In this document: positions 20,320 to 37,701 of the stretch, piece by piece | Position numbering within the stretch: the first letter of the stretch is position 1 | How the letters are laid out: each line of letters starts with the position of its first letter | Assembly: GCA_024346625.1 (NCBI GenBank) | Contig: AP024667.1 | Span: forward strand, 372,001-436,000 | DNA length: 64,000 nucleotides | Reading direction: 5' to 3' | From: Williopsis jadinii | Lineage: Eukaryota | Notes under the pieces: model-generated | Seen by the model: only the letters and a program-made list of their open reading frames with translations | The model's database searches: none | Told to the model about the DNA's origin: nothing | Made by a program: the position numbers and the translations under genes

Positions 20320-21738
20320 TTATCTGAGAGTGACGAGCTCTTCGGCAGAGGTTGGATGGATAGCAACGACGCTGTCGAAATCCGCCTTAGTAGCACCCAT
20401 CTTGATAGCGACACCGAAGCCTTGCAAGATTTCAGACGAGGCATCTCCAACCAGGTGCAATCCCACAACCTTCTCCTCTGGACCAGCACAGATGAGCTTG
20501 TAGCTGACTGGCGACTTGTGTTCAAGCATAGCGTAGTACATTGGGGTGAACTTTGATTTGTAGATCTTCAAGTTGTCCTTACCATACTTCTCAACAGCAT
20601 CCGCTTCGGATAGACCAATGGAACCAGCCTCAGGATGGGAGAAAACAGCAGATGGCACGTTGGTGTAATCCTGCTTCTGATCCTTGAACTGTTCTGGGCC
20701 GAACAATCTGTTGGAGAGCTTTCTGCCTGCTGCAATGGCGACTGGAGTCAACTCAACCTCACCTGTGACATCACCGAGGGAGAAGATGTTCTTAGCCGTG
20801 GTCTCCTGGTACTCGTCAACAACAATCAGTCCCCTGTCTGTAACTTTAACACCAACGTGTTCCAGTCCAAGGCCGAGATAAGAATGGCGTCCGACGGTCC
20901 AGATTACCGAGTCCACCTCCAATGTGGAGCCAGTGTCGAATGTAAGCTTGAGAGCGCCGTCAGCTAACTTTTCAACGGACTTCACTTGGGTCTTCTTGTG
21001 GACATTGACGCCAATCTTTGTATAGTAGTCTGTAAGAGTGGTTTGGATGCTCTCGTCAAACTTTCTCAAGAATGTATCGCCTCTAATGATTAAATGTGTC
21101 TCTGATCCCAATCCGTGGAAGAAGCCGGAGAACTCAACACCGATGTAGCCAGCACCCACAACAGCAACCCTCTTTGGCTGTTTTTCCAATTTGAAGAACC
21201 CGTTGGAGTCTATAATATGTTCTGCACCCGGAATGCTTGGAGGGATTGGCTTACCGCCTGTAGCGATGAGGATGTTATCAGCAGTGAAAGTCTCTGAGGT
21301 TCCATCTCTCTTTGCAACCTCCACGAGGCCATCCTCATTAAACTTGGCCCAACCGTACAAGAGCTCGACGCCCTCCTTCTCGAGGTTGCGCTCGTAGATA
21401 CCGTTCAATCTCTCAACATAGGCATCCCTTTTAGGCTTGAAGTACTCCCAGTTGAAAGTCTTGGCCAGCTTGGGGTCAACATCAAACCCATACTCTCTGG
21501 CCTCTGTGATAGTCTTCGCCACTTCACTGGCATACCACATAACCTTCTTAGGAACACAGCCAACATTAACACAGGTACCACCAATGTGGCCACCTTCGAT
21601 GAGCAACGTCTTAGCACCATAGGATGCCGCACGACGAGAGGATGCGACTCCACCAGAGCCACCACCGATGACTAGGTAATCGTAATGTTTTGGAGTAATT
21701 GGGGCCATTGTTGATAATTGTCTTGCAAAACGAAGCAT
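20320..21738 (-). CDS. GLR1: Glutathione reductase, canonical copy with short mitochondrial presequence and second in-frame ATG
   Basis: [30 protein letters not shown] (ATGs at 21738 and 21708), CVNVGC, GAGYIG...[12 protein letters not shown] and [11 protein letters not shown]. Confidence 0.96.
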   Translation of the reverse strand: MLRFARQLSTMAPITPKHYDYLVIGGGSGGVASSRRAASYGAKTLLIEGGHIGGTCVNVGCVPKKVMWYASEVAKTITEAREYGFDVDPKLAKTFNWEYFKPKRDAYVERLNGIYERNLEKEGVELLYGWAKFNEDGLVEVAKRDGTSETFTADNILIATGGKPIPPSIPGAEHIIDSNGFFKLEKQPKRVAVVGAGYIGVEFSGFFHGLGSETHLIIRGDTFLRKFDESIQTTLTDYYTKIGVNVHKKTQVKSVEKLADGALKLTFDTGSTLEVDSVIWTVGRHSYLGLGLEHVGVKVTDRGLIVVDEYQETTAKNIFSLGDVTGEVELTPVAIAAGRKLSNRLFGPEQFKDQKQDYTNVPSAVFSHPEAGSIGLSEADAVEKYGKDNLKIYKSKFTPMYYAMLEHKSPVSYKLICAGPEEKVVGLHLVGDASSEILQGFGVAIKMGATKADFDSVVAIHPTSAEELVTLR

Positions 21739-21930
21739 CAAGATGTAGAAAAGGGATTGGTCAGAGGAAAAAGAGAGCGTTTGTAATCAAAGATTAAGTG
21801 TTGCTGTTAGAAATGCGAACGCCACAATGATTATGTCCAACCTGTGCGGGTGTTTGGATTTTGTGCGCTGTGACTAAAAATATTTTTCAGAGGCCGCTGC
21901 TCACAGCCATGGGACCCACCTGGCCTGGAA

Positions 21931-22050
21931 CCGTTGGTCATCACTTAGCCAGTAGCCGTTAGTCATCATCACTTAGTCGATAGCTGTTAGCCAGGATCAC
22001 TTAGCCAGGATCACTTAGTCGGTAGCTGATAGCCAGGATCACTGAGCCAG
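21931..22050. repeat. Degenerate 14-bp-period minisatellite (core TCACTTAG) between ELP3 and GLR1
   Basis: Core at 21941, 21969, 21997 and 22011 plus a variant at 22039 (spacings 28, 28, 14, 28). Confidence 0.8.
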
Positions 22051-22185
22051 GGACCACATGACAACATCGAGCTCCGATCTTTATACAAAGTGATGAGCAT
22101 AATTTGTAAGTGTACGCTAGCGTGCACGAGCTTCGACGGTAGCTCTACTTATCATGCATGGTAATCGTGCTGTCAAATTAGGTCG

Positions 22186-23847
22186 TTATTTAAGTGGCTT
22201 GGACATGTAAGGTCCGTCCAATTCATATCCAAGTCTTGCGTAGTAGTTTCTCACACCAACACCACTAATAACACTGATCTTCGATGACCCGTGTTCTTCC
22301 CTTGCAATACGCTCTGCTTCTTCCATTAACAGCGTACCGAACCCTTGGTGCTGGAACTTTCTTGGGTCTCTCGAGTGTAACGGCACAACAGAGCCATAAA
22401 CGTGGAGCTCTCTGACAATGGATGTTGGTTGAGACTTAAACTCTTTTCTATACGTATGTTTTTTGGACGGCTTACGAAGACGCAACAGTCCGATGAGAAT
22501 ATCCTGTTTAGGATCTTCATACGATAGGAACGTCTCCCAGCCTCCATTGGCGTAGTAGTCCCTTCTGATGAGTTCAACCTGATCCGGCTGGACCTTATGG
22601 TGAACCTCTTGGATTCCAACCTCTCTCGTTCTCACATCACGACACTTGGTACCAAAGTCCTTCATTCTGGCCAACGCAAGCTCTCTCAAGTTACCGTTTT
22701 CAACACCAGACGACACCAATGGCATAGGAATATCTCTTTGAACTCTGTATATTCTCGTCCATGGTGGCACCATCGCCATGATTCGAGCAACAAGATCAAT
22801 CAATGCATTGGCATTGTAGGACTTGTACCTACCAGTTTTCCACAACTCATACAACCCGGTGCCTCTGATGACCAAGGTCGGATAGATCTTTAACCCATCT
22901 GTTCGAAAATCTGGGTTGTCAAAGTATTCTTTGAACTGTGCCAAGTCCCTCTCCATACCAACATTGGGTAAATCAGGCATCATATGACTAACAATCTTGT
23001 ACCCAGCATCTTTCGCAATGGCAAATGTCTCACACACAGACTTCACAGTATGGCCTCTATTCGTGTCTCTGGCAACATCTTCATATACACTTTGAACACC
23101 GATTTCAAGACGCGTGCATCCATATCTTAGCATGTCGTCAAGGTGTGTCTTTGTACAGTAATCAGGTCTCGTTTCAATGGTGATACCAACACACTTGGTC
23201 AAAGATTGCTGCGAATAGCTGATGGCTTGGTCAAGATCTGTACCGTTGTAGCCGGAAAGGGCATTGTGCAACTGAGTTATGAAGTCCTCCCTGTACTCCT
23301 TATCTAGAGACATAAAAGTACCACCCATGACAATGTACTCAACTTTATCCACAGAGTGGCCAAGTTGCTTTAGCTGATCAATACGACCTCTGGCCTGCTC
23401 GTACGGATCATACCGCGCCCTGATCGCACGCATGGACGTGGGCTCGTAGCCTGTATAGGACTGCGTGGAGTATTCGAAATCCGAGTCTGGTCCTCCAGGA
23501 CAGTACACGCAGATGTTACCTGTGAAGGAGATATGAGGGCATCTGTGCGGTTTGGACATCACCGCAACAACACCCACACCGGATGCTGTTCTGACAGGTT
23601 TGGCCTTCAGCTTAGGCAACAGGTACTTCTTGTACTGATCTGGGATGGAGTTGATCACATCTGTCAACCGCGGCTGCGACTTGAGCTTGTACTTCTTGGA
23701 GTTCTTGGTGATGAGCCCGTTAAGGTTGATCTCCTTCGAGCTCTTCAATGAGTCGATCAACTCAAGGGTAATGTCCGAACAGCACTGAAGGAAGCGCTCC
23801 TTCTCAGGTGCAAGCTTCTGCTTGGTCTTGATAACTCCCACGGCCAT
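22186..23847 (-). CDS. ELP3: Elongator catalytic subunit (radical SAM + KAT)
   Basis: PHRCPH...[12 protein letters not shown] radical-SAM region and [11 protein letters not shown] acetyltransferase motif. ATG at 23847. Confidence 0.98.
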   Translation of the reverse strand: MAVGVIKTKQKLAPEKERFLQCCSDITLELIDSLKSSKEINLNGLITKNSKKYKLKSQPRLTDVINSIPDQYKKYLLPKLKAKPVRTASGVGVVAVMSKPHRCPHISFTGNICVYCPGGPDSDFEYSTQSYTGYEPTSMRAIRARYDPYEQARGRIDQLKQLGHSVDKVEYIVMGGTFMSLDKEYREDFITQLHNALSGYNGTDLDQAISYSQQSLTKCVGITIETRPDYCTKTHLDDMLRYGCTRLEIGVQSVYEDVARDTNRGHTVKSVCETFAIAKDAGYKIVSHMMPDLPNVGMERDLAQFKEYFDNPDFRTDGLKIYPTLVIRGTGLYELWKTGRYKSYNANALIDLVARIMAMVPPWTRIYRVQRDIPMPLVSSGVENGNLRELALARMKDFGTKCRDVRTREVGIQEVHHKVQPDQVELIRRDYYANGGWETFLSYEDPKQDILIGLLRLRKPSKKHTYRKEFKSQPTSIVRELHVYGSVVPLHSRDPRKFQHQGFGTLLMEEAERIAREEHGSSKISVISGVGVRNYYARLGYELDGPYMSKPLK

Positions 23848-23882
23848 GTCTACTTTGCTCTGGCCACCGATATATGTCTCGA

Positions 23883-23912
23883 CCACAGCTAAGTTGGCCA
23901 CAGCTAAGTTGG
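23883..23912. repeat. 15-bp direct repeat x2 (CCACAGCTAAGTTGG) in the ELP3 leader
   Basis: Exact copies at 23883 and 23898. Confidence 0.85.
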
Positions 23913-24228
23913 CCCAAGCTCCATAGTCAAATTTTTTTTTTGCCAGGGCGTTGCTATCCCAACCAGATGAGGTGAAAATTTCCAGGTACGCGCGTTATGA
24001 GCCCGCGGCGGAGAAAAATGACGTTGGGTGGGCCCGAGATCAATTTTAACAACACAACAACAAAACGCTGTCGTTTACGTCTCTCCGTTCGCTTGGTTTA
24101 AAGGCATACAACTACCGCTTCCACTGAGCCTCGGTTCTACTCGTGACTCACACTGTTGATAATTGAAAGGACACGGCCTTTGTGTTTGGTGTTCTTTGTT
24201 TCCATAGAATTGAGCATCATCGTGACAG

Positions 24229-31563
<7,335 letters not shown>

Positions 31564-31678
31564 ATTGACCTGCACAGAATACAACCGGGAGGTATCTAAG
31601 ATTATCAGAGTAAGGAGTACGATGCCCAGTCTCTTGATTTGAATGATATACACTATATGTAAGATATAAAACAATCGT

Positions 31679-31688
31679 TATTTACAAG
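31679..31688 (-). promoter_or_regulatory. Puf3 element CTTGTAAATA in the MBA1 3' UTR
   Basis: UGUAAAUA with a C at -2, about 60 nt after the MBA1 stop. Confidence 0.7.
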
Positions 31689-31747
31689 TTGATTGATCAA
31701 ATTGTTGCTTTTCCAGTTCCAATTTGTAGTCTCAATTGAACCTCGGT

Positions 31748-32581
31748 TCAGTTTGAAGATGATGGCTCCTTCAACGCTGGTTGTGCTGGTGCTCTATAGA
31801 TATCACCGTTAAGTTTCATATCTTTGAAGATCATGCTTTGATCAATGTCTTCAGGTTTAGGGATTCTATCCTCTGGGGAATTCTCAAAGACAGAGCCAGC
31901 CAAGATGACTTTATCGGTATCCAAATCGATAACGAACCCAACGTAATCCGTAACGTTTCTGTCAATCTTCTTTACCTTGTCGGTCTTCAGATTCACGTTA
32001 ATCAGCTCCTGCTGTGTGTTGAACTTATACACGGCCTGGGCGTACTCCACTGGTCTTCCAGGCAGCATGATTGGTCTAAACGCAACCAATTTTGGCTTTT
32101 CGTTGAACTTGACCAACTTCCAATCAAGCTTAACACCCTTTGGAATGGACCCAACTCTGGCCTTTAAGGCCTTCTCGACCCAAACAGACACCACCTTCTC
32201 AACAGGCTTGATGTCGCCGGCAGCAAAGGCCTTGTTGATTGCAACGTATCTCTCAATCGCACGGTTCTTCCACAGGAGAAACTGTGGTTTCATGCCGGTT
32301 TGGTAGCGCATCAACGCCACCTGGACGGTGTTCATCCCGAGAGTGTAGAGCCTTCTAATCAGCGACCTCCACACCGCTCTTGGGCTGGTCAATGGGTTCG
32401 GCAGGTTCTTATACGACACTGGAATGTAGATGTCTCTTGTGAGGCCAATGAACCTTGGGTCGAACACCTGCTGTTGAGGGTTGGCATTTGAGGACTTCTT
32501 GGCCTCGTTCAAGGCACTTCTCGCGGAGGTGAACGATCTGACACCGAGTCTCGAGTTCGCAAGGGGTCTGAGGCGGAGCAT
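31748..32581 (-). CDS. MBA1: Mitochondrial inner-membrane ribosome receptor Mba1
   Basis: Presequence, DPRFIG...IYIP, FLLWKNRAIE and LDWKLVKFN (Tim44-like fold). Adjacent to an RLM1/SMP1-type gene. Confidence 0.9.
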   Translation of the reverse strand: MLRLRPLANSRLGVRSFTSARSALNEAKKSSNANPQQQVFDPRFIGLTRDIYIPVSYKNLPNPLTSPRAVWRSLIRRLYTLGMNTVQVALMRYQTGMKPQFLLWKNRAIERYVAINKAFAAGDIKPVEKVVSVWVEKALKARVGSIPKGVKLDWKLVKFNEKPKLVAFRPIMLPGRPVEYAQAVYKFNTQQELINVNLKTDKVKKIDRNVTDYVGFVIDLDTDKVILAGSVFENSPEDRIPKPEDIDQSMIFKDMKLNGDIYRAPAQPALKEPSSSN

Positions 32582-32728
32582 GGCGTCGAACGTGCGGTCT
32601 CAAGCACTTTTCTCTGTATTTGTTTGGTTCTTTTGGCGCTTTCGACACAGCGTCGAAACCGTCACACTGGCATTTTTTTCCGCTGTGGTCCTCCTCGCGG
32701 GCAGAACATAAAACGGGTTCGCGGCCAT

Positions 32729-32768
32729 CACGTGGTGCGCCACGTGCACGTCCCCTTCTACCCACGTG
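32729..32768. promoter_or_regulatory. Three CACGTG E-boxes in the MBA1/RLM1 divergent promoter
   Basis: CACGTG at 32729, 32741 and 32763. Confidence 0.55.
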
Positions 32769-32899
32769 ACCACAGATCACCGCCCTCCCGCCATTCTGCG
32801 AAAAACACACAACCGCCAAACGTCATTCCGCATACGGAAACTTTTGCGTCAACAGAACCACCAAGCAAACACAGGAAACGCTTCCCGCTGGCGTGTGTG

Positions 32900-32909
32900 C
32901 TAAAAATAG
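32900..32909. promoter_or_regulatory. Rlm1/MEF2 binding site CTAAAAATAG
   Basis: Exact CTA(A/T)4TAG about 590 bp upstream of the RLM1 ATG. Confidence 0.7.
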
Positions 32910-33496
32910 CACCGCCCACCAAACGGCAGCACCAGCGCCCGCTGCCCACTGCCCGTTTCCTTCTCGAAGCTCGCACGGGGCTTCCCTCTGGCGCGTTCAA
33001 TCCTCCGTTGAATTTTCACCAGAAGGCGCACTTTCCTCCCAGCCATTTTCGCTCGATGGCTGCGTTTTTGCGGTGGTTTTCCACTTTGTTCGAACCTTTG
33101 GCGCTTTTGTCTTTTTCTCCCTTTGAAGTGGTTGAAAGAGCTCTGACATTTGCGAGGGAAAGAGCCAAACAGCAGCAACAACAACAACACCAAGCCGGGC
33201 TCTACGAATACACACTGAGTATTCTGTCTATTCAATTGATTGCTGTGTGTGTGTGTGTGCTTCTGTGAGCATCGCTGCTATTTTGTACTACCCGTGTGTG
33301 ATTTAATTGGTGGATATCTGCCTGCTCTCTCTGTGAAGCGATCTTTTCGAGCCGGGATTTTCCACACACGCTGCGTGCTGGGCTTCCTTGAGACTGAGAT
33401 CCAGAGCACGCTTTAATACCGGTGTGCGCTGTGTTTGAGTGCTGTTTGAGTGCTGTTTGTCGAAGCAAGGTGAAGTGGAGGACGTGAGACGGCAAC

Positions 33497-35110
33497 ATGG
33501 GCAGAAGAAAGATTTCAATCCAGCCCATCACGGATGAGCGAAACCGGAAGGTGACGTTTGTCAAGAGGAAAGCTGGCCTGTTCAAGAAGGCTCACGAGCT
33601 GGCAGTGCTGTGCCAGGTGGACATCGCGGTGATAATACTGGGCAAGAACCACTCCAAGTTCTTTGAGTACACGTCGACCGATGTGGATCAGCTGTTGGAT
33701 CGGTTCAAGAACGAGGGTGTTGCTCACGATGTGAAGACGCCGGAGGACTACGGCGACTACAAGACCATGTCGCGTGTGGGTCCCATAGGAGCAGACAAGG
33801 GCCACAGGCGGACGACGTCCGTGATGACCGCCGACGTTGTTGAGGGCTCTGACGATGAGGAGGACGAAGACGAGGAGGACGACGAGGAGGACGATGACGA
33901 TGACGACAATGAAGAGAAGCCCGCGGAGGCCAAAAGGAAGCTGAAGGGCCAAAACACTGATAGACCTGCTAAGCAGAGGAAAACAACAAGTCGGAAGAAA
34001 GCAAAGGACGAGGCCGCTGTGAAACCAGAGGCCTCGGTGCTGGAGCAGCGAGTACAGCAGTTGCAGGACATCAACAGCATGAATACTGTGCCTGCTAGTA
34101 ATCAAAGTGCAATGGTGGGGTCTCACTTGTCAAACCAGCTCCTTCCAAGATACACACAGTCCCACCTGCCACTATCAGGACAGGTTTCTGGGTTACCAAT
34201 GCATAATCCATTGTACGAGGGTTCGTATTCTCATTTCCAAGAGTCTCAACAGCGTATGATGCCACATCCGTGGAGCCAGCAACAGCAACAGCAGCAGCAA
34301 CAGCAACAGCAACAGCTTCCTGTGGTTGAAACTGTACCGCCATCACAGGCATCGCAATTGGGATACCAATACCGGGTATCGGGGAACTATGTTCCCCAGC
34401 AACATCTACAATCGCCTCCTTCCACTGGAGGTGGCCTACCACAGCCAGTCGTGATCAACTCGCCCTACACAAGGGCAAGATCGCTGAACAACAACATCAG
34501 CAAGAGGCCTATACTACGTGTTGAGATACCAACAGATGCCAGGAAGCAAAAGGACGGAATAGCCACGACCACTACAGCGTCACATACTGGCACACAATCT
34601 GACGAGTCTGCAAATAAAACCGGTGGAAGTGGCAAAGATGGCACCATGAAACCGGGAGAAAGAACACCAACATCAGCTCAGAGCGATGAGCCAAAGGGGT
34701 TAGGTCTCTTGTCCAATGGCTCCACTCCGTTGTCCGCTTCTCTGGGCTCTGGCTTGTTCAACCTACCGCCGCCGTTACCTCCTCAGCAGTCCAAGATGGG
34801 TGAACAGACACCACTAACAGGTGGACTGCCCTCGCGGTATGTTCCTGATCTGTTTCCATCACCTTCTAATTTCTATTCAAACGATTGGAACATACCCTTT
34901 GGTTCTGGAAATACGCCGATCCCTTCTTCTGCAAACCATCAACTACCACCAAGGGTAAGACGGCATTTACAACAGAATCTCACAGATTCTCCTCTACAGA
35001 CAGCTACTATTAGACGGGATCGTGAACAGAACTCCACTCAGGATCAAGAATTCAAAGGGTCGCAATCTTCAAAGAATGACAACAATAATGGAGATTCAAA
35101 AGCCAAATGA
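33497..35110 (+). CDS. RLM1: MEF2-type MADS-box transcription factor (Rlm1/Smp1)
   Basis: [49 protein letters not shown] docking-like motif, GLPSRY...FPSPSNFY, and acidic and polyQ tracts. Confidence 0.93.
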   Translation: MGRRKISIQPITDERNRKVTFVKRKAGLFKKAHELAVLCQVDIAVIILGKNHSKFFEYTSTDVDQLLDRFKNEGVAHDVKTPEDYGDYKTMSRVGPIGADKGHRRTTSVMTADVVEGSDDEEDEDEEDDEEDDDDDDNEEKPAEAKRKLKGQNTDRPAKQRKTTSRKKAKDEAAVKPEASVLEQRVQQLQDINSMNTVPASNQSAMVGSHLSNQLLPRYTQSHLPLSGQVSGLPMHNPLYEGSYSHFQESQQRMMPHPWSQQQQQQQQQQQQQLPVVETVPPSQASQLGYQYRVSGNYVPQQHLQSPPSTGGGLPQPVVINSPYTRARSLNNNISKRPILRVEIPTDARKQKDGIATTTTASHTGTQSDESANKTGGSGKDGTMKPGERTPTSAQSDEPKGLGLLSNGSTPLSASLGSGLFNLPPPLPPQQSKMGEQTPLTGGLPSRYVPDLFPSPSNFYSNDWNIPFGSGNTPIPSSANHQLPPRVRRHLQQNLTDSPLQTATIRRDREQNSTQDQEFKGSQSSKNDNNNGDSKAK

Positions 35111-35257
35111 TACCACAGATTACCACCTAAGGTCAATGACAGGTAACAGACTATTGTCGTGTCATTTCACCAGTTCCTTTAACATTCCAATACATAGTTT
35201 CTTCTTAAAGTTATGTCAATTTCACTCTGTATATACTCTCCCTCATCTCACCTGGCT

Positions 35258-36418
35258 TTATACCTTGTTAAACTGATCCCACGCCGTAGCACAGTGGTTC
35301 AAGAATCTCTCTTTATCGAGCCCACCATGCCTTTCCAGTTCGAATCTGAACACGTTATTCGCCAGTTTCAGCTCTGCACTGACAATCTGTTCCTTCTGTA
35401 TCCCTGTCATGATGCCGACTTCGGCATCGTCCTCTATAGCAGCGCTTTCGGGATCATCATCGTCCAGCTCTTCATCATCGTGGTTCCTCTTTCTCCTGTG
35501 CTCCTTTGTTACCGTCTGTGCCTTAACCTCTGTATCAAACACACACCGCTGTGAACTGAGAGCTTGTGCCTCTAGCGGTGCAAATCTCTGTCCTTCACCT
35601 GGGAACACGTCCGTAACATGGCTCACGGCTTGCGAGTTCTGGTACTTCTTGAACTTGCTCCACTGATGGTGTTGATATGCCAACTGCTGCTGGTACTTCA
35701 TCCATTGACGTTGCGAGAAGGGCATACCCTGGCCAGGATGACGCATTATGGTGGCGGTCTGTGGTACGCGACGATATACGTTGTTCATCGCCGTGTATTG
35801 CGGATGCGACGCATTGACAAAGGGTATTTGGGCTCTGTGAGGGTTTGCTGTCAACGGCGCCTGTTGATGCGGTTGCTGCTTAGCCCTCTGGGATCCCACA
35901 ACATTCACAGCTTGTCTCTGAGCTCTCTTGAAGCTGGCTCTCTGTGCTGTCTGTGGTGAGAGCGGCTGCGAAAAGTTGTATATAGGAGCAGACCTGATGG
36001 TCTGTGGTTGTTGAGTCCTTGCTGAGCCAAGGTTCAAAGGAGTGGGAACCCGATCACGCTTCAGGCGCTTATTCGAGCTCGTCAATGGTATTGACAGGCT
36101 CTCCATGTTACTGGTCAACCCAGATGTGGACGGCGTTGCTCGTTGCAAACTCTCAGCATTGGCGCATCCATCCACAGCGTGGTCGTCACTCGGCGACGAA
36201 AGAACACCAGCTCTCTGTGCAATGATTTGACGCTGTTGTTGCTCGATTGATTTGGACTGTAGCACCGTGGTCTGCATCTTTGCACTCAACGGTGGCAAGC
36301 CAGGGCTCACGCATTGCAGGGCAAACGTTGACATGTCCTTTTCACTGTCTGGAATGTGCTCTGAGCGTGAGAGATCTAGTGGGCCCGGTCTCTTCTTTTC
36401 CTTCTCTTCGCTCATCAT
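35258..36418 (-). CDS. DIG1: Probable Dig1/Dig2-like MAPK-regulated Ste12 repressor
   Basis: KRLKRDRVPTPLNL closely resembles the recalled Dig1 MAPK-docking motif (KSLKRGRVPAPLNL). Lies beside eEF1B-gamma and MNN9, like DIG1/CAM1/MNN9 in S. cerevisiae. Confidence 0.72.
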   Translation of the reverse strand: MMSEEKEKKRPGPLDLSRSEHIPDSEKDMSTFALQCVSPGLPPLSAKMQTTVLQSKSIEQQQRQIIAQRAGVLSSPSDDHAVDGCANAESLQRATPSTSGLTSNMESLSIPLTSSNKRLKRDRVPTPLNLGSARTQQPQTIRSAPIYNFSQPLSPQTAQRASFKRAQRQAVNVVGSQRAKQQPHQQAPLTANPHRAQIPFVNASHPQYTAMNNVYRRVPQTATIMRHPGQGMPFSQRQWMKYQQQLAYQHHQWSKFKKYQNSQAVSHVTDVFPGEGQRFAPLEAQALSSQRCVFDTEVKAQTVTKEHRRKRNHDDEELDDDDPESAAIEDDAEVGIMTGIQKEQIVSAELKLANNVFRFELERHGGLDKERFLNHCATAWDQFNKV

Positions 36419-36567
36419 GCTGTTCTCTTTTCTTAAACTACTCAACAACTACCAAACAGGCTGGTGTGGTTTGGCACGACGTCGGTGTTCAATTTGTGCT
36501 GAATTTAAACAGAGCAAGAGGTGGAAGACGTGAAAAGAATCTCTCCAAGTGAGTCCCCACTGGTATG

Positions 36568-36574
36568 TGTTTCA
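36568..36574 (-). promoter_or_regulatory. Pheromone response element TGAAACA upstream of the DIG1-like gene
   Basis: TGTTTCA on the plus strand, 150 bp upstream of ATG 36418. ACGCGT (MCB) at 36600. Confidence 0.5.
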
Positions 36575-37701
36575 CATTTCATTTTGAGGCTACGCGGGAA
36601 CGCGTGCCAGGGGAACGCACCAAGCCCGTGGGCGGAGACAATTCCGCGTAGTACGCGGTGGTGGCACGCCGGTGGGAGCTGCCCAGGCTGCTCACTAAAA
36701 CCTGCTCCTTCTAACGGCCACCGATCGTATATTGAGGTGTCAATTTTGGTTCATTGGTGGTGCTTTTGAGCGTTTCTGAGCCAATTGGCCAGGGAATGGA
36801 TGGCAATTGGTGTTCTTCCGGTTGGTTGAAGCGATGGCTGGAGGCACACAGTGACGATGGCCCTTGTGAGGTGGTGCCGTACTGTGTGATGTAGAATGGG
36901 GATCTACGCTATGAGATGGGCCGCAATTTAGTAGTTTATGTTACGTGGTGGCTAATCAGCACAGCATGGCCACTGTTGTTAGATAATTCATACAGTACAA
37001 TCACATCTGGCTCGTTGTAGTGTTGCGAATTAAAGAATATGAACTGTGTAATTTATCAAACGAGAAACCTGTCTGCATAAACAGCTTGCGTATTTCTAAA
37101 ATTAATGCCTACCGAAAATCACCATTTCCGGCCAATTTCACGCTAATTACATCGAAAATAACCCAGTTAACCATACTACTGCACACCAGCACCATAACAC
37201 ACCAAACACACAGCCTGCGCTTGATCATTGACCAGTGGACAGCGCAATAGCCCATGCCCCACCGCTTATCAAGTTGTCACATCCGAACACCACACTCCAC
37301 CGTCGCCAGCGCGAAAATCACCTCCCTCCGGCTCAACTTAGCCTCTCACCACGCCATTAAACCACACATCTTGCGCCATGACTTCCCCTGAAGGTTACCA
37401 TAGCAAATGCCCATACGTGCCACACACCCAGCACAGTCCGTTATCACACGCATTTAAGTGACAATTGCACCCTCGCCACTACATAACCACCATCTCACCG
37501 CTTTACCTAAGAGAATTCACCGACGATCACGTGCGGTGGCGGTGTGTGGCCGTAACGGGATGCACTGGCTTTTTTTCGCTTCTTTTTTTGCAGCGGACGA
37601 ACAGACAGCGTGGAAAAGAAAAAGTTTTCACTCAACTTCTTCATCCTCTTCAAATGTGTTTCCTGTTTTCGAAGCAACAGAGATAACTTTGAATTTTAGC
37701 A

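Noticed and set aside
32624..33268. 214-aa ORF in the MBA1-RLM1 intergenic region
   Set aside because: Non-ATG start, runs through promoter motifs and microsatellites, and has no protein-like features. Only the ATG-initiated last 70 codons are noted as a possible uORF.
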